A stretch of 64,000 nucleotides of DNA from Nitrosopumilus sp. (GTDB lineage Archaea; Thermoproteota; Nitrososphaeria; Nitrososphaerales; Nitrosopumilaceae), in the NCBI GenBank assembly GCA_963662625.1, contig OY759726.1, positions 864,001 through 928,000 of the forward strand, read 5' to 3'. Position numbers and translations under genes: made by a program. Under the pieces are notes generated by a model. It saw only the letters and a program-made list of their open reading frames with translations. It did no database searches and was not told where the DNA came from. This document shows positions 47,633 through 57,866 of the stretch, one piece after another; the first letter of the stretch is position 1; each line of letters begins with the position of its first letter.

Positions 47633-48280
47633 CTAGTCTTTCTTAGACAGCCCCAGCATTTCTGCCAGCGTAAGCTGCTTCGCGTTCTTCTTCGAGATAA
47701 AGCACCTCTGGTAGTACTGGCACCCGGCACACTCCGCCGACGGTTCAAGGATGGGCGTCTTGCTCTCCTTGAGGAGATCGTTTAGGACCCTGACGCGCCT
47801 GATCACCTCCTCGAACATCTTCTTGTCCCTGGTCACCGAAAACGCCGACTCGTCCTTGCTCCCCGTGACGTAGATCAACACCCCGTCGACCTTGCCATAG
47901 ACCCACATGCACGCATTAAGGAAGAGCAGGTCGCTTGACTTTGGCGTTTCGGGTTCGGCGTCCGCGGGCCTGAACAAGACTACAAAGTCGTCTACGATCA
48001 TGTCTGCGTGGCCCCTCAGCCTGATGTCGTCAACGGCAAAATCCTTCGGCTCGCTGCCGTACTTCAGGTTACGGAGCAGCCCCGCCAGCAGGTCGTTGAA
48101 CCCCGTGCGCTCCACCTCCAGGGGATCCACCCTGTCGTAGTAGGAGCGCCTGAGGCACTGGACCACCTCGCCCAGGTGGACAGTCTGCGCGTCCCCGGCG
48201 TCTATCTTGGTCTCCACCTCCCTCCCGATCGAGTCGACTGCGTTTTTTATGACGCTTCGAAAGTCCTTGTCTCCCATCAT
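47633..48280 (-). CDS. Solo Cas4-like PD-(D/E)xK protein with Fe-S cysteines
   Basis: QCLRRSYY, RGHAD, C-terminal ECAGCQYYQRC; no CRISPR array or other cas genes in the window. Confidence 0.75.
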   Translation of the reverse strand: MMGDKDFRSVIKNAVDSIGREVETKIDAGDAQTVHLGEVVQCLRRSYYDRVDPLEVERTGFNDLLAGLLRNLKYGSEPKDFAVDDIRLRGHADMIVDDFVVLFRPADAEPETPKSSDLLFLNACMWVYGKVDGVLIYVTGSKDESAFSVTRDKKMFEEVIRRVRVLNDLLKESKTPILEPSAECAGCQYYQRCFISKKNAKQLTLAEMLGLSKKD

Positions 48281-48305
48281 GGTAGTTCGCCGACAACCCG
48301 CCCCG

Positions 48306-48542
48306 CTAGTTTATAACCCGCGTCAAGAACCGTGAAATCCGGAACGACAGCGCCAGCGTGACAAAATGGACCGCGAATCCCGCCACCGCCCCCGCGACGA
48401 GGTTTCCCGTGGCGTAGTAGATCCCAAGAAGCAGCCCCAGGGCCGGCAGCGCGAATATTGCGGCCAGAAACGTGCTGACCCAGACGGTCTTGATTATGAG
48501 GTCGGTAGAGATTCCTTTGTTCTTCCTTGGGAATTTAATCAT
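48306..48542 (-). CDS. Small 2-TM protein downstream of ATPase subunit C
   Basis: Two TM helices; 9 nt from atpC. Confidence 0.65.
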   Translation of the reverse strand: MIKFPRKNKGISTDLIIKTVWVSTFLAAIFALPALGLLLGIYYATGNLVAGAVAGFAVHFVTLALSFRISRFLTRVIN

Positions 48543-48551
48543 TTTCAGGAC

Positions 48552-49586
48552 TCATTCTTCATCCAGGATCAGCTTTGCCATGATGGTCTCAGTCGGTATG
48601 CCCTGCTCTATCGCGTACGCGATTGCGGACAGGTTCCTTACCTCGAACTCCGTCAGCTTGATGATCCCTATGGTCGTTGCAAGGCTAAACATCTTCGTGA
48701 AGGAGTTCTTTGCCGCGTTGTAGATGGCCATCTCGAAGGCCCTTTCGAACTCGGCCAGCGCGTCAAGCTCGTTCTCCACCTGGGGGATCATTCCCTTGTA
48801 CCTGCTGGCGGACAGTTCGTTGAACGCGTCCCTGACCGAGGTTGCCGAGGCCATCTTTCCCAGCATCTCCCTCGGCGCGGCCGAAGTCTCCGCAACGATC
48901 AGGTCTTGGATGTTCTGCTCGTCCAGCCCCCAGAACTTTCCCCTGATCACGCTCAGGACGTTGTAAAAATCGATCTCCAGCCCGATCAGCTTGCCGGCAT
49001 CCAGGTCCCTGCTGTTCTTCCTTGCGTTTCCCAGCTGCCGGTACAGGATTTTGTCGAAATACGTGTCGAAGATCTGTATGTTCTTCTTGTCGTTGTATAT
49101 CGCCGCCGCCTTCGCGATGTCCTCGCCGAACCCCGCGGAATTCAGGCTTGCGACCGCCTCTTCCAGGTCCTTGGCCGCAAGCGCCTTTACCGTTATGTCC
49201 CTCTGCTTTACCAGTTCTTCTGCGTGAAGGTTGATGTGGGACTCGATGTCCTCCTGTGGCTTGCCAAGGACCTTGCCCTTGAGGATCAGCTTCAGGTTTG
49301 AAACGATAAACTTCATGTAATAGGCGTTGAAGATGTTTGCGTTGCCCGCCGTCCTCGCGATGGAATAGTGCGCATCTGCCAGGTGCGACCTCAGGGCGGA
49401 CTCGATGCCCTGTGACGTGAACGGCTTTTGGATTTCAGAAACCGCCTCGGCATAACTCGTGTTTTTTATCCTGGTCATCAACTCGTCGAGATCCCTCGAC
49501 TCTGCCAGCGTCTGAAAGTCGCCCTTCTGTAACAGCCTGCCCCTCCTGCTGTATGACTTTACGGAGGCATACACTATGCTACTCAA
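48552..49586 (-). CDS. atpC: A/V-type ATP synthase subunit C
   Basis: YASVKSYSRRGRLL, NLKLILKGK, IGLEIDFYN, EFEVRNLSAI. Confidence 0.88.
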   Translation of the reverse strand: MSSIVYASVKSYSRRGRLLQKGDFQTLAESRDLDELMTRIKNTSYAEAVSEIQKPFTSQGIESALRSHLADAHYSIARTAGNANIFNAYYMKFIVSNLKLILKGKVLGKPQEDIESHINLHAEELVKQRDITVKALAAKDLEEAVASLNSAGFGEDIAKAAAIYNDKKNIQIFDTYFDKILYRQLGNARKNSRDLDAGKLIGLEIDFYNVLSVIRGKFWGLDEQNIQDLIVAETSAAPREMLGKMASATSVRDAFNELSASRYKGMIPQVENELDALAEFERAFEMAIYNAAKNSFTKMFSLATTIGIIKLTEFEVRNLSAIAYAIEQGIPTETIMAKLILDEE

Positions 49587-50037
49587 CGCCTGATCTGAAG
49601 AACGCAACGGATTTTAATGTTTGGCGCTGCCCGGCCAAGCGAAAAGCGCGCCAACCGGCCAAATTTTGCAATTCCAAACGGATCTGCGGGGGATGGACCG
49701 CGCCCCGCACCGTAGCCGCGGGGCCTCCCAAGGCGGGCGGGGCGCCCCAGGACTCCAGCATTCCCCCCCGGGGGGGGGGGCGTGGGGCGGCCGCCTCACC
49801 GTACGTGCAGGCGGCCGGGGGCAGGAAGCGGCTCGCCCGCGGCCCGCGCATCGTGAGGCCGCTCGACGGGAAGCCGCCAACGCACGCAATGCGGACGGAT
49901 CCACGCTTGCCACCATGCGCACAAAATACTAGTTCGGGCCAAGGGAGGGCGCACATGGCGCGGCGCGGGCGGCAGCCCCCCGCGTATCCCAGCCGGCACG
50001 CCGCCGGCACGCTTCGGAGCCGCCGTCCGGCATGACG

Positions 50038-50709
50038 TCATTGGGGTGTTATCCTGCTGAGAAACCTCACCGTCTCTTCCCTGTCCCGGCTTGGCAGCTG
50101 CATGAACGCGCTGAGGATCTCTTTTTGGATGACCAGCGACTCGTCGTGGACCTCGCTGAGCCTGGACAGGTCAAAAGGCAGCAGATCGGCGAACTTCCCG
50201 TCACAGAATGCCCTTACGTACTTTTGAAATATGGAATACATAAAGCTGGGGCTTGATTTCTGCAGATTCATGACGATCCCCTCGAACTCTTTTTCCGCGG
50301 GCTCGGAGCTTGCAAAAAACTCGCCGAGCAGCCTCTCCCTGTCCGCCATTCCGTTTATCGACAGGGCCACCAGCGTGCCCTTCTTCGTGAGGTGGTAGTA
50401 CGGGATTCCCTTCTCCTGCAGCGCCTTTGGCCCCCTCTTGAGGGGCAGCCTCCCGTGTTCCTCCACCACCCCCATGGGGATCAGCACCTCGTCCAGGTCA
50501 CGAAAGACCCCCGAATAGATGTTCTTCCAGGCAATCCCGTGCTCTTTTGCGATCAGTTGGGATATGCCCGTCCTGGTCTTCTCGGTGGGGTTGCCCCTGC
50601 CGGCAAGAATTGAGATGATCGAGCGCTGCCTGTTTGCCTCCCCCGTGAGGCTGTCCTTGGTCTTGAACGTGTCAAACACGGCCAGCCTCTCCTTGGGCTT
50701 GTTACTCAT
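50038..50709 (-). CDS. Winged-helix-like hypothetical protein divergent from amt
   Basis: TRTGISQLIAK...IYSGVFRDLDEVL...VEE...YYHLTKKG. Confidence 0.72.
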   Translation of the reverse strand: MSNKPKERLAVFDTFKTKDSLTGEANRQRSIISILAGRGNPTEKTRTGISQLIAKEHGIAWKNIYSGVFRDLDEVLIPMGVVEEHGRLPLKRGPKALQEKGIPYYHLTKKGTLVALSINGMADRERLLGEFFASSEPAEKEFEGIVMNLQKSSPSFMYSIFQKYVRAFCDGKFADLLPFDLSRLSEVHDESLVIQKEILSAFMQLPSRDREETVRFLSRITPQ

Positions 50710-50740
50710 GCCTCACCCGTAATTTAATTTTCAATTTTTA

Positions 50741-50796
50741 TGATAATATCAGAATATACCCAAATATATGAATTTACATTTCTATCGAATTTGATA
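50741..50796. promoter_or_regulatory. Candidate palindromic operators in the amt/wHTH divergent promoter
   Basis: TGATA-A-TATCA (50741-50751) and TATCgaatttGATA (50783-50796). Confidence 0.35.
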
Positions 50797-50835
50797 CCTT
50801 CAACTCTTAAATAATTTCCGCTTTTGAACAGTTTA

Positions 50836-52401
50836 ATGAATTCTAGGAATCACAAGTATGCTCTATTAGTACTTGTGACCGCAGTAGCCATTACAGCAAC
50901 CGGTGCTATGTCACAGGCATATGCACAAAGCGTTGATGATGGCATGGACGGATACGTAAAGGGAACCAGTGGTATCTACACCGGCAATGCCAACGAATGT
51001 TGGTATGATGACGGCGACGGTGGCATGCTGCCCTGTATGATCGACACAGGTGATACAGCGTGGATGCTTACCGCCACGACACTAGTACTCTTCATGACTC
51101 CAGGAGTGGCATTCTTCTATGGCGGCCTAGCCAGATCGAAGAATGTCGTCAACGTGCTTGGCATGACCCTCATCGTGATGGGTCTGATGTCGGTACAGTG
51201 GATTCTATGGGGATACTCGCTAGCATTCGGCCCTATCGACAACGACGCAAACATGTTCATGGGAAGCCTTGCCTATGTTGGATTCAACCAGGTGTCCCAC
51301 TATGCACCGCTAGGTGAAGTGGGCCCGTGTGGAGACACATGGTCGGCGGCATACCAGATGAACGCGTTTGTTGATGCAGATGTCTGTAGTCAAGGATGGC
51401 CAGGTACGGTGCCTCACCAACTATTCGCAATGTTCCAAGCGACATTCGCAATCATCACACCCGCATTGATTGTCGGTGGGTTGATTGACAGGATCAAGTT
51501 TAGTGCATTGATGATATTCGTGCTCCTATGGGGAACCTTCGTCTATGATCCAATCGCACACTGGGTCTGGGGTGGCGGCTACATCGGGGGAGGGTCGTTA
51601 GACCTTGATCCAGATCTGTCGCCGACATTTGCTCTGGACTTTGCTGGTGGTACTGTAGTACACATTTCTTCGGGATTCTCTGCATTGGCAGGAGCCTTGA
51701 TCCTTGGCAGAAGACTAGGATACGGCAAGGTGCCGATGGAACCACACAACGTTCCGATGGTTGTACTTGGTGCATCCATTCTCTGGTTTGGTTGGTTTGG
51801 TTTCAACGCAGGGAGCGAAGTAATGGTAGACGGCATTACCGTCAGCGCATGGACTGTCACGAATACCGCAACAGGTATGGCTGTACTTACTTGGGTCCTT
51901 ATGTCGTGGGCCCATACAGGCAAACCAAGCATTGTTGGAGCCGCGACAGGCGCAGTAGCAGGATTGGTAGCAATCACCCCGGCCTCAGGCTGGGTGGGTC
52001 CAATGGCTGCAATTATAATCGGTATTGCTGCTGGTACAATCTGCTATGCAAGCGTATCGCTCAAGAATGCAAGAAAGTGGGACGACGCATTGGATGTATG
52101 GGGAGTACATGGAATGGGTGGTCTTACAGGCGCAATCTTGACTGGCACGCTAGCTAGTCCGCACATATGGGATACCGGCGACGGTATTGGCGCGTGGACT
52201 GGCACTGCAGAAGGAATGGAACAGCAAGCAATCAGCATCATAGGCGCTGCGATATCTATCGGATACGCCTTTGGTGTCACGATTGTAATCCTCAAGGTAA
52301 TGGATGCCGTTTGGCCTGGCGGAATCAGGGTCACTCCTAAGGAAGAGGAGATTGGCCTCGATTTGGCCCAGCACGGAGAAAGAGCATACGTCAACGAATA
52401 G
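50836..52401 (+). CDS. amt: Ammonium transporter (Amt)
   Basis: DTGDTAW, FFYGGL, FQATFAIIT, DFAGGTVVH, WFGWFGFNAGS, DDALDVWGVHG, GLDLAQHGE. Confidence 0.97.
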   Translation: MNSRNHKYALLVLVTAVAITATGAMSQAYAQSVDDGMDGYVKGTSGIYTGNANECWYDDGDGGMLPCMIDTGDTAWMLTATTLVLFMTPGVAFFYGGLARSKNVVNVLGMTLIVMGLMSVQWILWGYSLAFGPIDNDANMFMGSLAYVGFNQVSHYAPLGEVGPCGDTWSAAYQMNAFVDADVCSQGWPGTVPHQLFAMFQATFAIITPALIVGGLIDRIKFSALMIFVLLWGTFVYDPIAHWVWGGGYIGGGSLDLDPDLSPTFALDFAGGTVVHISSGFSALAGALILGRRLGYGKVPMEPHNVPMVVLGASILWFGWFGFNAGSEVMVDGITVSAWTVTNTATGMAVLTWVLMSWAHTGKPSIVGAATGAVAGLVAITPASGWVGPMAAIIIGIAAGTICYASVSLKNARKWDDALDVWGVHGMGGLTGAILTGTLASPHIWDTGDGIGAWTGTAEGMEQQAISIIGAAISIGYAFGVTIVILKVMDAVWPGGIRVTPKEEEIGLDLAQHGERAYVNE

Positions 52402-52475
52402 AAAAACCTACTTTTCTTTCCTTATTTTTATTCTTCAACCCAAATCAATTTAGATTTGATCGTTTTACCAGCGTC

Positions 52476-53252
52476 ATGCTGATCTCGACCGCGGGGCTGG
52501 ACTCCATCCTAAACGATCCCGGCATCGTTCTCGTGGACGTCCGTTCCTTCAAGGAATATTCCGAGGGCCACGTCCCCGGAGCGGTGCACCTTGACCTGTT
52601 CGCGTTTCATTGGATCGACACGACGAGGCGGGGCATTGAAAACTTCAACGACCAGTCAAGGTCATTGCTGTCTTTTGTCGGGGCGGCCCCAGAAAAGACG
52701 GTCGTCTTTTACGACTCTGTATCCGGGATGCTCGCGGCGCGCGGGGTCTGGATGACTGCGTACCTCTCGCACCAGAAGGCCCTGATGCTGGACGGGGGGA
52801 TCTCAAAATGGCGGAGGGAGGGCCTCCCGCTGGAGACGAAGCCCAACGGGTTCCGGCCGTCCGAGTTTTCAGGCACGGCCAATCCCGGACTCGTCTCGGG
52901 GTTTGCTCATGTTAGGGAAAGCCTGGAGGGCGCCGTAATAATCGACGCCCGATCCCCCGGCGAGTATGACGGAAGCGTGGTCCGTGCGGCACGGGGAGGG
53001 CACATCCCCAACGCAGTCAACATCGACTGGCGCCTGAACCTCGCCGAGGACGGTACCCTCAAGAGCGATGAGGATCTGTCAGAGATTTACGGCATGCCCA
53101 AGCACGCCCAAATCATCACGTACTGCCAGGGGGCATACAGGGCGGCCAACACGTTTCTGGCCTTGAAGAAGCTGGGGTTCGACAACGTCCGGGTGTACCT
53201 GGGCTCGTGGGGTGAGTGGGGGAACCGCTTGGATCTCCCGATCTCAAAATAA
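52476..53252 (+). CDS. Tandem-domain rhodanese/sulfurtransferase
   Basis: GHVPGA, LDGG, DARSPGEY, GHIPNA, YCQGAYRA, YLGSWGEW. Confidence 0.93.
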   Translation: MLISTAGLDSILNDPGIVLVDVRSFKEYSEGHVPGAVHLDLFAFHWIDTTRRGIENFNDQSRSLLSFVGAAPEKTVVFYDSVSGMLAARGVWMTAYLSHQKALMLDGGISKWRREGLPLETKPNGFRPSEFSGTANPGLVSGFAHVRESLEGAVIIDARSPGEYDGSVVRAARGGHIPNAVNIDWRLNLAEDGTLKSDEDLSEIYGMPKHAQIITYCQGAYRAANTFLALKKLGFDNVRVYLGSWGEWGNRLDLPISK

Positions 53253-53383
53253 CGCGGAGGCCGCCGGCCAGGCACCTTGGGCCGCCATAAACGGCAAACC
53301 CACGGGCTTGGAATGGATCGCCGGCGCGTACCGGCACCCCCGGAACAGCGGTTGGGCGGCCCGGCAGTTTTTTGCAATAGGTG

Positions 53384-53470
53384 CTAGGAACTGATGTGCA
53401 TTGCACCGAAAATGGCAAATCCGAGCATAACTACCGCGGGAACCAGCGTAATGGCAAATTCTTTTGACAT
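53384..53470 (-). CDS. Single-TM microprotein (28 aa; not in ORF track)
   Basis: MSKEFAITLVPAVVMLGFAIFGAMHISS; TTAATA about 25 nt upstream. Confidence 0.55.
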   Translation of the reverse strand: MSKEFAITLVPAVVMLGFAIFGAMHISS

Positions 53471-53927
53471 AAACTATCGAGTTCCTACTCGGTATTAACC
53501 GTTAACATCAGGGCCGTGCTGCCCCCTTTGGCCTACAGACAAAACCCCCAGAATCCCCGCGGCGGGCGGCCCGCGCCCCGTCACGCCTGCGGAACGCGGC
53601 GTTCCCCCGATCCCGTTCCATGTCGGCACCGTGGAGATGGCGCATGGCAGGCGAGAAAGCACTGGCGGCGCGGCACTAGGAGGCCGGGAAGCCGGGCCGC
53701 GGGCCCCGCGGGGTTCTGCGGGTGCATGCCACGAGTACACGGGGCGGCCCCCAAAGACGCGCCTGGCCCGTGTGGACAGGCGCCTGGATTCCTGCGGGAC
53801 GGCCGGGCTGGCTTTGGCGCCATCCTTCAAACCCCCCGCCGCATCCGGCGGCACCCGCCCGGCGCTTTACGGGGCAGCTCGTACGGGAATGGAAGATGGA
53901 ACCCGAACGGTAGGGGGCCAGAGCGCC

Positions 53928-56024
53928 TTATTTCTTGTTTTTCCAGGAAAAAGAGTTGTAAACCATCTCGGGGACCAGCTGCCTGAACGGCTGGGATCCG
54001 CCCGCATACCACTTTGTAAAGAACTCATACAGGTGGAGCCTGAGCGACTGGATGTAGACTATCAGGCCCTCGATCATCATGATTCCTATCTGCCCTCCCA
54101 CGATCAGGACCAGTGCCGTGGGGGAGTCGAGCCCCCCCATCGATTCGTAGGCCCTGTTGACCGTGAGCAAGAGCGCCGCATGCACCAGCAACATTATCCC
54201 TATTCGGGCATAACTGATGGTGTGCGCCAGGCACTCGATGGTCTTTCCAAGCAGGACCTCCATGATCACGCTTACCATGTCTCCCCCCGCCTCCGGGTGT
54301 TTTTTGTTGTGTTTTATGCCGCCTATGATCATCATCACCATTGATGCGATCACAACTATCACGGAAATCCTGACTACTATCCATACCACTGCCCACTCCC
54401 CGAGAATCACCGTAACCCAGGGAACCACCTCGGTGTGGACCCTGGAATACATGTTCATCACGTCATACCCGGAGCCGATTGCCCCCATCATGACCCCGAA
54501 CACCCCCAGCCACATGGTCAGGTTGGGAATGGCCTCAAAGACCATCATGTCCTTGTCGCCGGTCCTCCAAAAGTTGTAGATGCGCAAGAGGAACGCCCAC
54601 CCCAAATGGATGACCCCCAGGAAGATCGACACCTTGAGAATCATTATCACCTGGTCAAACGTCAGCTCGGCCACCGTTATGGCCCCGACCAGCCACGAGA
54701 TCGAGTACAGTGGTCCTCCCTCGTGCAGCAGGGCCTCGAACCCTGCAAAGTGGTCTATGTGGAAGCCGAACAGCTCGCCCTGAAAGACGCCTGCTACAGC
54801 TCCCGCGGCGCCGGATATGGCAAGCAGCATGCCCCATCTGGAAAGCTTTCCCTGTCCCTTGAACTTGAACAAGAGGCCCAGCCCCATCAACAGCAGGCCG
54901 TGGCCCAGGTCCGCGAACATCACCCCGTAAAAGATGGGCCACATGAGGGCGATCATCCAGGTCGGGTCAAACTCGCCCTTTTTGGGAATCCCCTGGCTGT
55001 CCGTGATCACCTCAAACGTCCTGACCCACCTGGGGTTGTCCAAATGGACCGGGAGGGTGCCGTCCTTGCCCTCTCCCGCTTCTTCTGTAATCGACGTCCA
55101 CTGGCCGGTCACCTGCTTGAATTTCTGTTCCATCTTCTTGGGAATGTAGCCCTGGATGACCGCAAAGTTCTTCGTGCCGCCGGGCTTGCGTAGGGTCTCG
55201 AGGACCTCCTTTGCCACAAAGGCGTTTTCATGAATCGACAGCACCTGCCCGCGGATCTTCTTTGTGACCGATACAAGTTCCTTCGAAAGCTCCCCCTGCT
55301 TCTCCCCCAGCTCCTTCACCTTGGATTCGGCAAGGGCGTATGCCTCGCTTGGGACCTGCGGAAACTCCTTTGGAATGCTGAAGGGGCTTGAATTCAAGGC
55401 GCGCATGACCTTGAGGATCCTCTCGGACTCGTCCGCGCTGGATATTATGATTACGGCCGACTTTTCCTTGGATTCTAGCTCATACTTGAAGACCGGCGTG
55501 CCTTCCAACGATCTCACGATCTCGTCGTAATCTGCCGTGTTTATGACAAACATGTTCGAATAAAAATAACTCGTCAGCCCGAAATTGCCCAAGTCTATGT
55601 TCAGCTTGTTTGCAACCTGCAGGGCGTCCTTTAGCGCCCTAAACTCTTCCAAGGAGTGGCTGGTGCTGGAACTCTCTTCAAGCATCCTGGCCGCCTTTGC
55701 CACCTGCTCGGGGACGTTCTCCAGGTCCGCGACCATCTCCTCAATTTCGTCCAGCTCGTATTTTTTCTTCTTAAATACGGTGCCTTTGAAGAGTATCTCC
55801 ATGATTCCAACCCGCGGGGGAATGTTCAGCCCCTTGACAATCTCTTCGATGAACTGGTGTGATTTCTGGGCCCGGAGCAGCAGATCGTCGATCTCGGGAG
55901 TCAGGGTCTCGTTTTCCACCTCCACCTTGTGGAACCACTCAAACTCGGCAAGTCGGGAAATCGCCTTCGGGGACTCTGTTCTGGGCAATATCACACTTCC
56001 CATCAAAAGTTCGGCAACAGCCAC
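53928..56024 (-). CDS. atpI: A/V-type ATP synthase subunit I
   Basis: GYIP, EFDPT, FYGVMFADLGHG, HTISYARI, LRLHLYEFFTKWY; probable GTG start at 56024. Confidence 0.95.
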   Translation of the reverse strand: MAVAELLMGSVILPRTESPKAISRLAEFEWFHKVEVENETLTPEIDDLLLRAQKSHQFIEEIVKGLNIPPRVGIMEILFKGTVFKKKKYELDEIEEMVADLENVPEQVAKAARMLEESSSTSHSLEEFRALKDALQVANKLNIDLGNFGLTSYFYSNMFVINTADYDEIVRSLEGTPVFKYELESKEKSAVIIISSADESERILKVMRALNSSPFSIPKEFPQVPSEAYALAESKVKELGEKQGELSKELVSVTKKIRGQVLSIHENAFVAKEVLETLRKPGGTKNFAVIQGYIPKKMEQKFKQVTGQWTSITEEAGEGKDGTLPVHLDNPRWVRTFEVITDSQGIPKKGEFDPTWMIALMWPIFYGVMFADLGHGLLLMGLGLLFKFKGQGKLSRWGMLLAISGAAGAVAGVFQGELFGFHIDHFAGFEALLHEGGPLYSISWLVGAITVAELTFDQVIMILKVSIFLGVIHLGWAFLLRIYNFWRTGDKDMMVFEAIPNLTMWLGVFGVMMGAIGSGYDVMNMYSRVHTEVVPWVTVILGEWAVVWIVVRISVIVVIASMVMMIIGGIKHNKKHPEAGGDMVSVIMEVLLGKTIECLAHTISYARIGIMLLVHAALLLTVNRAYESMGGLDSPTALVLIVGGQIGIMMIEGLIVYIQSLRLHLYEFFTKWYAGGSQPFRQLVPEMVYNSFSWKNKK

Positions 56025-56505
56025 ACCACAACCACAGATTTTACATTTTAATACCTTTCTGAGCCGGAAAACTCTGGCCCGCGTCCCCCGTGTCCGAGGA
56101 TCCGAAGATGCGCGCACGGCCGCACCCTGATCGGGAACGCGGTGGACTTTATGCGTGAATCTCTCCGGCCGCGTGTCGGATAGCGGGAACAACCTGCAAC
56201 GGCACCCTGAGGCCGTGGCGGTGGCCCCAGCCCCCACATGACGTGTTCCGCCTGCCTGGGCGCTGCCATGCTGAAGAGCTCGATCCCTCCCCATTGGGGG
56301 GGGGGGCGCGGGGTCTCGGTTCCCGGGACGGGCTTGGTCGGACCGTCCTCCTCCCGGATCTTCTTCCTCCCGGCGGTGGGCGTCATAACGCCCCCTGCAA
56401 AGATCTTCCGGTGCGCCGCCGCCCTAACTGATCTGTTACGGTTTGGACCGTTTTTTGCTACTGGGAAGACTGGATCTGGTAAAAAGAAAATAAAGGAGAG
56501 AATCC

Positions 56506-57357
56506 CTAAAGCCGAGGAATTACTCTGGATTTTGCCGTGACTGCTATGGTGCTGACAATCGCGACGGCAAGCACTATCATCGCAATCGTTCCGAATTCCG
56601 GCACGACATTAGTGAACGCCAACTCCTCGCCGATTGGTCCGGCCAAGTCATTCACTCCATAACCCTGGAACACTATGCTGATGTCCACGGGATCACTGGT
56701 GCTGAGCGGCGCAGTGCTCATCGTCGCCACCCCCTCGTGCTCGTGTCCGCCTTCGTCGCGCAGGACGTCTTCGCCGTTCTGCGTTACCACTACGTCGTAG
56801 TTGACATGGTCCGAATCGGCGAACTTGATGGTGACCTGCAGCTGTTCGCCCGCCGTGGGCTCGCTAGTCCATACCGAGACCACATTGCCGTCAGACAGCA
56901 TTCCTTGTACGGCGGGATCGGTGGATTGCATGTCTAATTTCATTCCGTCATCCATCATGTCGTCGTCTGCCTGCACCACGATCAGCCCCTCCATCCACGG
57001 GTGGACTATGCAAAAGTACTGGACCTCGCCCACTTCCTCCGTCTTGAACTCGTAGGAAGCGCCAGCCATGACCAGGGAGCTGTCAAACACGCCGCTTGGG
57101 CCGTCCCTCGCGGTGCCGCCGGTGAACGTGTGCGCGACAGTGTCCGTGTTCGAGAATATCACGACCCCTCCGACGTCAACCGTCACCGTGGAAGGGATGA
57201 AGCACCCCTCGGGGGTGGTCTCGCATCCTGCCACGCCGGATCCCTGCGCCGGCACGACGGTGACTTCGGAATGATCCGCGAGTGCCGCGGGGGACGCCGC
57301 AAGCCCTGCCATGGCCGCAAACAGCACGAAAAAAGCGCCTATCGTTATTTTCTTCAT
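56506..57357 (-). CDS. Plastocyanin/cupredoxin with PEFG-CTERM
   Basis: CFIP, AHTFT, YFCIVHPWMEG (type-1 Cu ligands), VVPEFG + TM. Confidence 0.93.
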   Translation of the reverse strand: MKKITIGAFFVLFAAMAGLAASPAALADHSEVTVVPAQGSGVAGCETTPEGCFIPSTVTVDVGGVVIFSNTDTVAHTFTGGTARDGPSGVFDSSLVMAGASYEFKTEEVGEVQYFCIVHPWMEGLIVVQADDDMMDDGMKLDMQSTDPAVQGMLSDGNVVSVWTSEPTAGEQLQVTIKFADSDHVNYDVVVTQNGEDVLRDEGGHEHEGVATMSTAPLSTSDPVDISIVFQGYGVNDLAGPIGEELAFTNVVPEFGTIAMIVLAVAIVSTIAVTAKSRVIPRL

Positions 57358-57542
57358 TGGTTAAGTGCCATGCTTGGAGCATAAAAACCTCACTAATCCC
57401 TAGTGGCACCTGCCCGGGGCCGCGTCGAGCTCCTCGTAGATGAAGAACACCGGCACTGATCGATCCACCGCGTCCGGAATCCTTATGACGCACCCGTCAA
57501 TAGGGCTATGATTTAAATATGGATTTGTCAGGCAATAAGCAA

Positions 57543-57854
57543 ATGAGATCTACAGTCTTGGTACTCTCAATAACAGCAGTTGCATTTCTTGTTGCCGGCG
57601 TGGTAGAAGTCGCGCATGCCCAAGAAGCCGCATCCGGCGGCATGAGTGATGGCTCCAAGCTGATCGGCGCAGGAATCGCGTTCGGCGTTGCGGCCGGCGG
57701 GGCCGGAGTAGGGTTGGGATATGTAGGTTCTGCGGGATTGGCGGTAATCAGCGAAAACCCCGCTCTGCAGTCCAAGGTATTCATCTTCATCGGAATGGTA
57801 GAATCAATTGCCATCTACGGCATAGTCATGATGTTTATCATCTTGGGGCAGTAG
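57543..57854 (+). CDS. atpK: A/V-type ATP synthase subunit K (proteolipid)
   Basis: GAGIAFG.AAGGAGVGLG, ISENP, MVESIAIYG (ion-binding Glu). Confidence 0.95.
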   Translation: MRSTVLVLSITAVAFLVAGVVEVAHAQEAASGGMSDGSKLIGAGIAFGVAAGGAGVGLGYVGSAGLAVISENPALQSKVFIFIGMVESIAIYGIVMMFIILGQ

Positions 57855-57866
57855 CACGCAAGATTT

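Noticed and set aside
53255-53920. RNase P or SRP RNA in the GC-rich spacer
   Set aside because: I could not find the GAGGAAAGTCC-type RNase P or SRP helix-8 signatures
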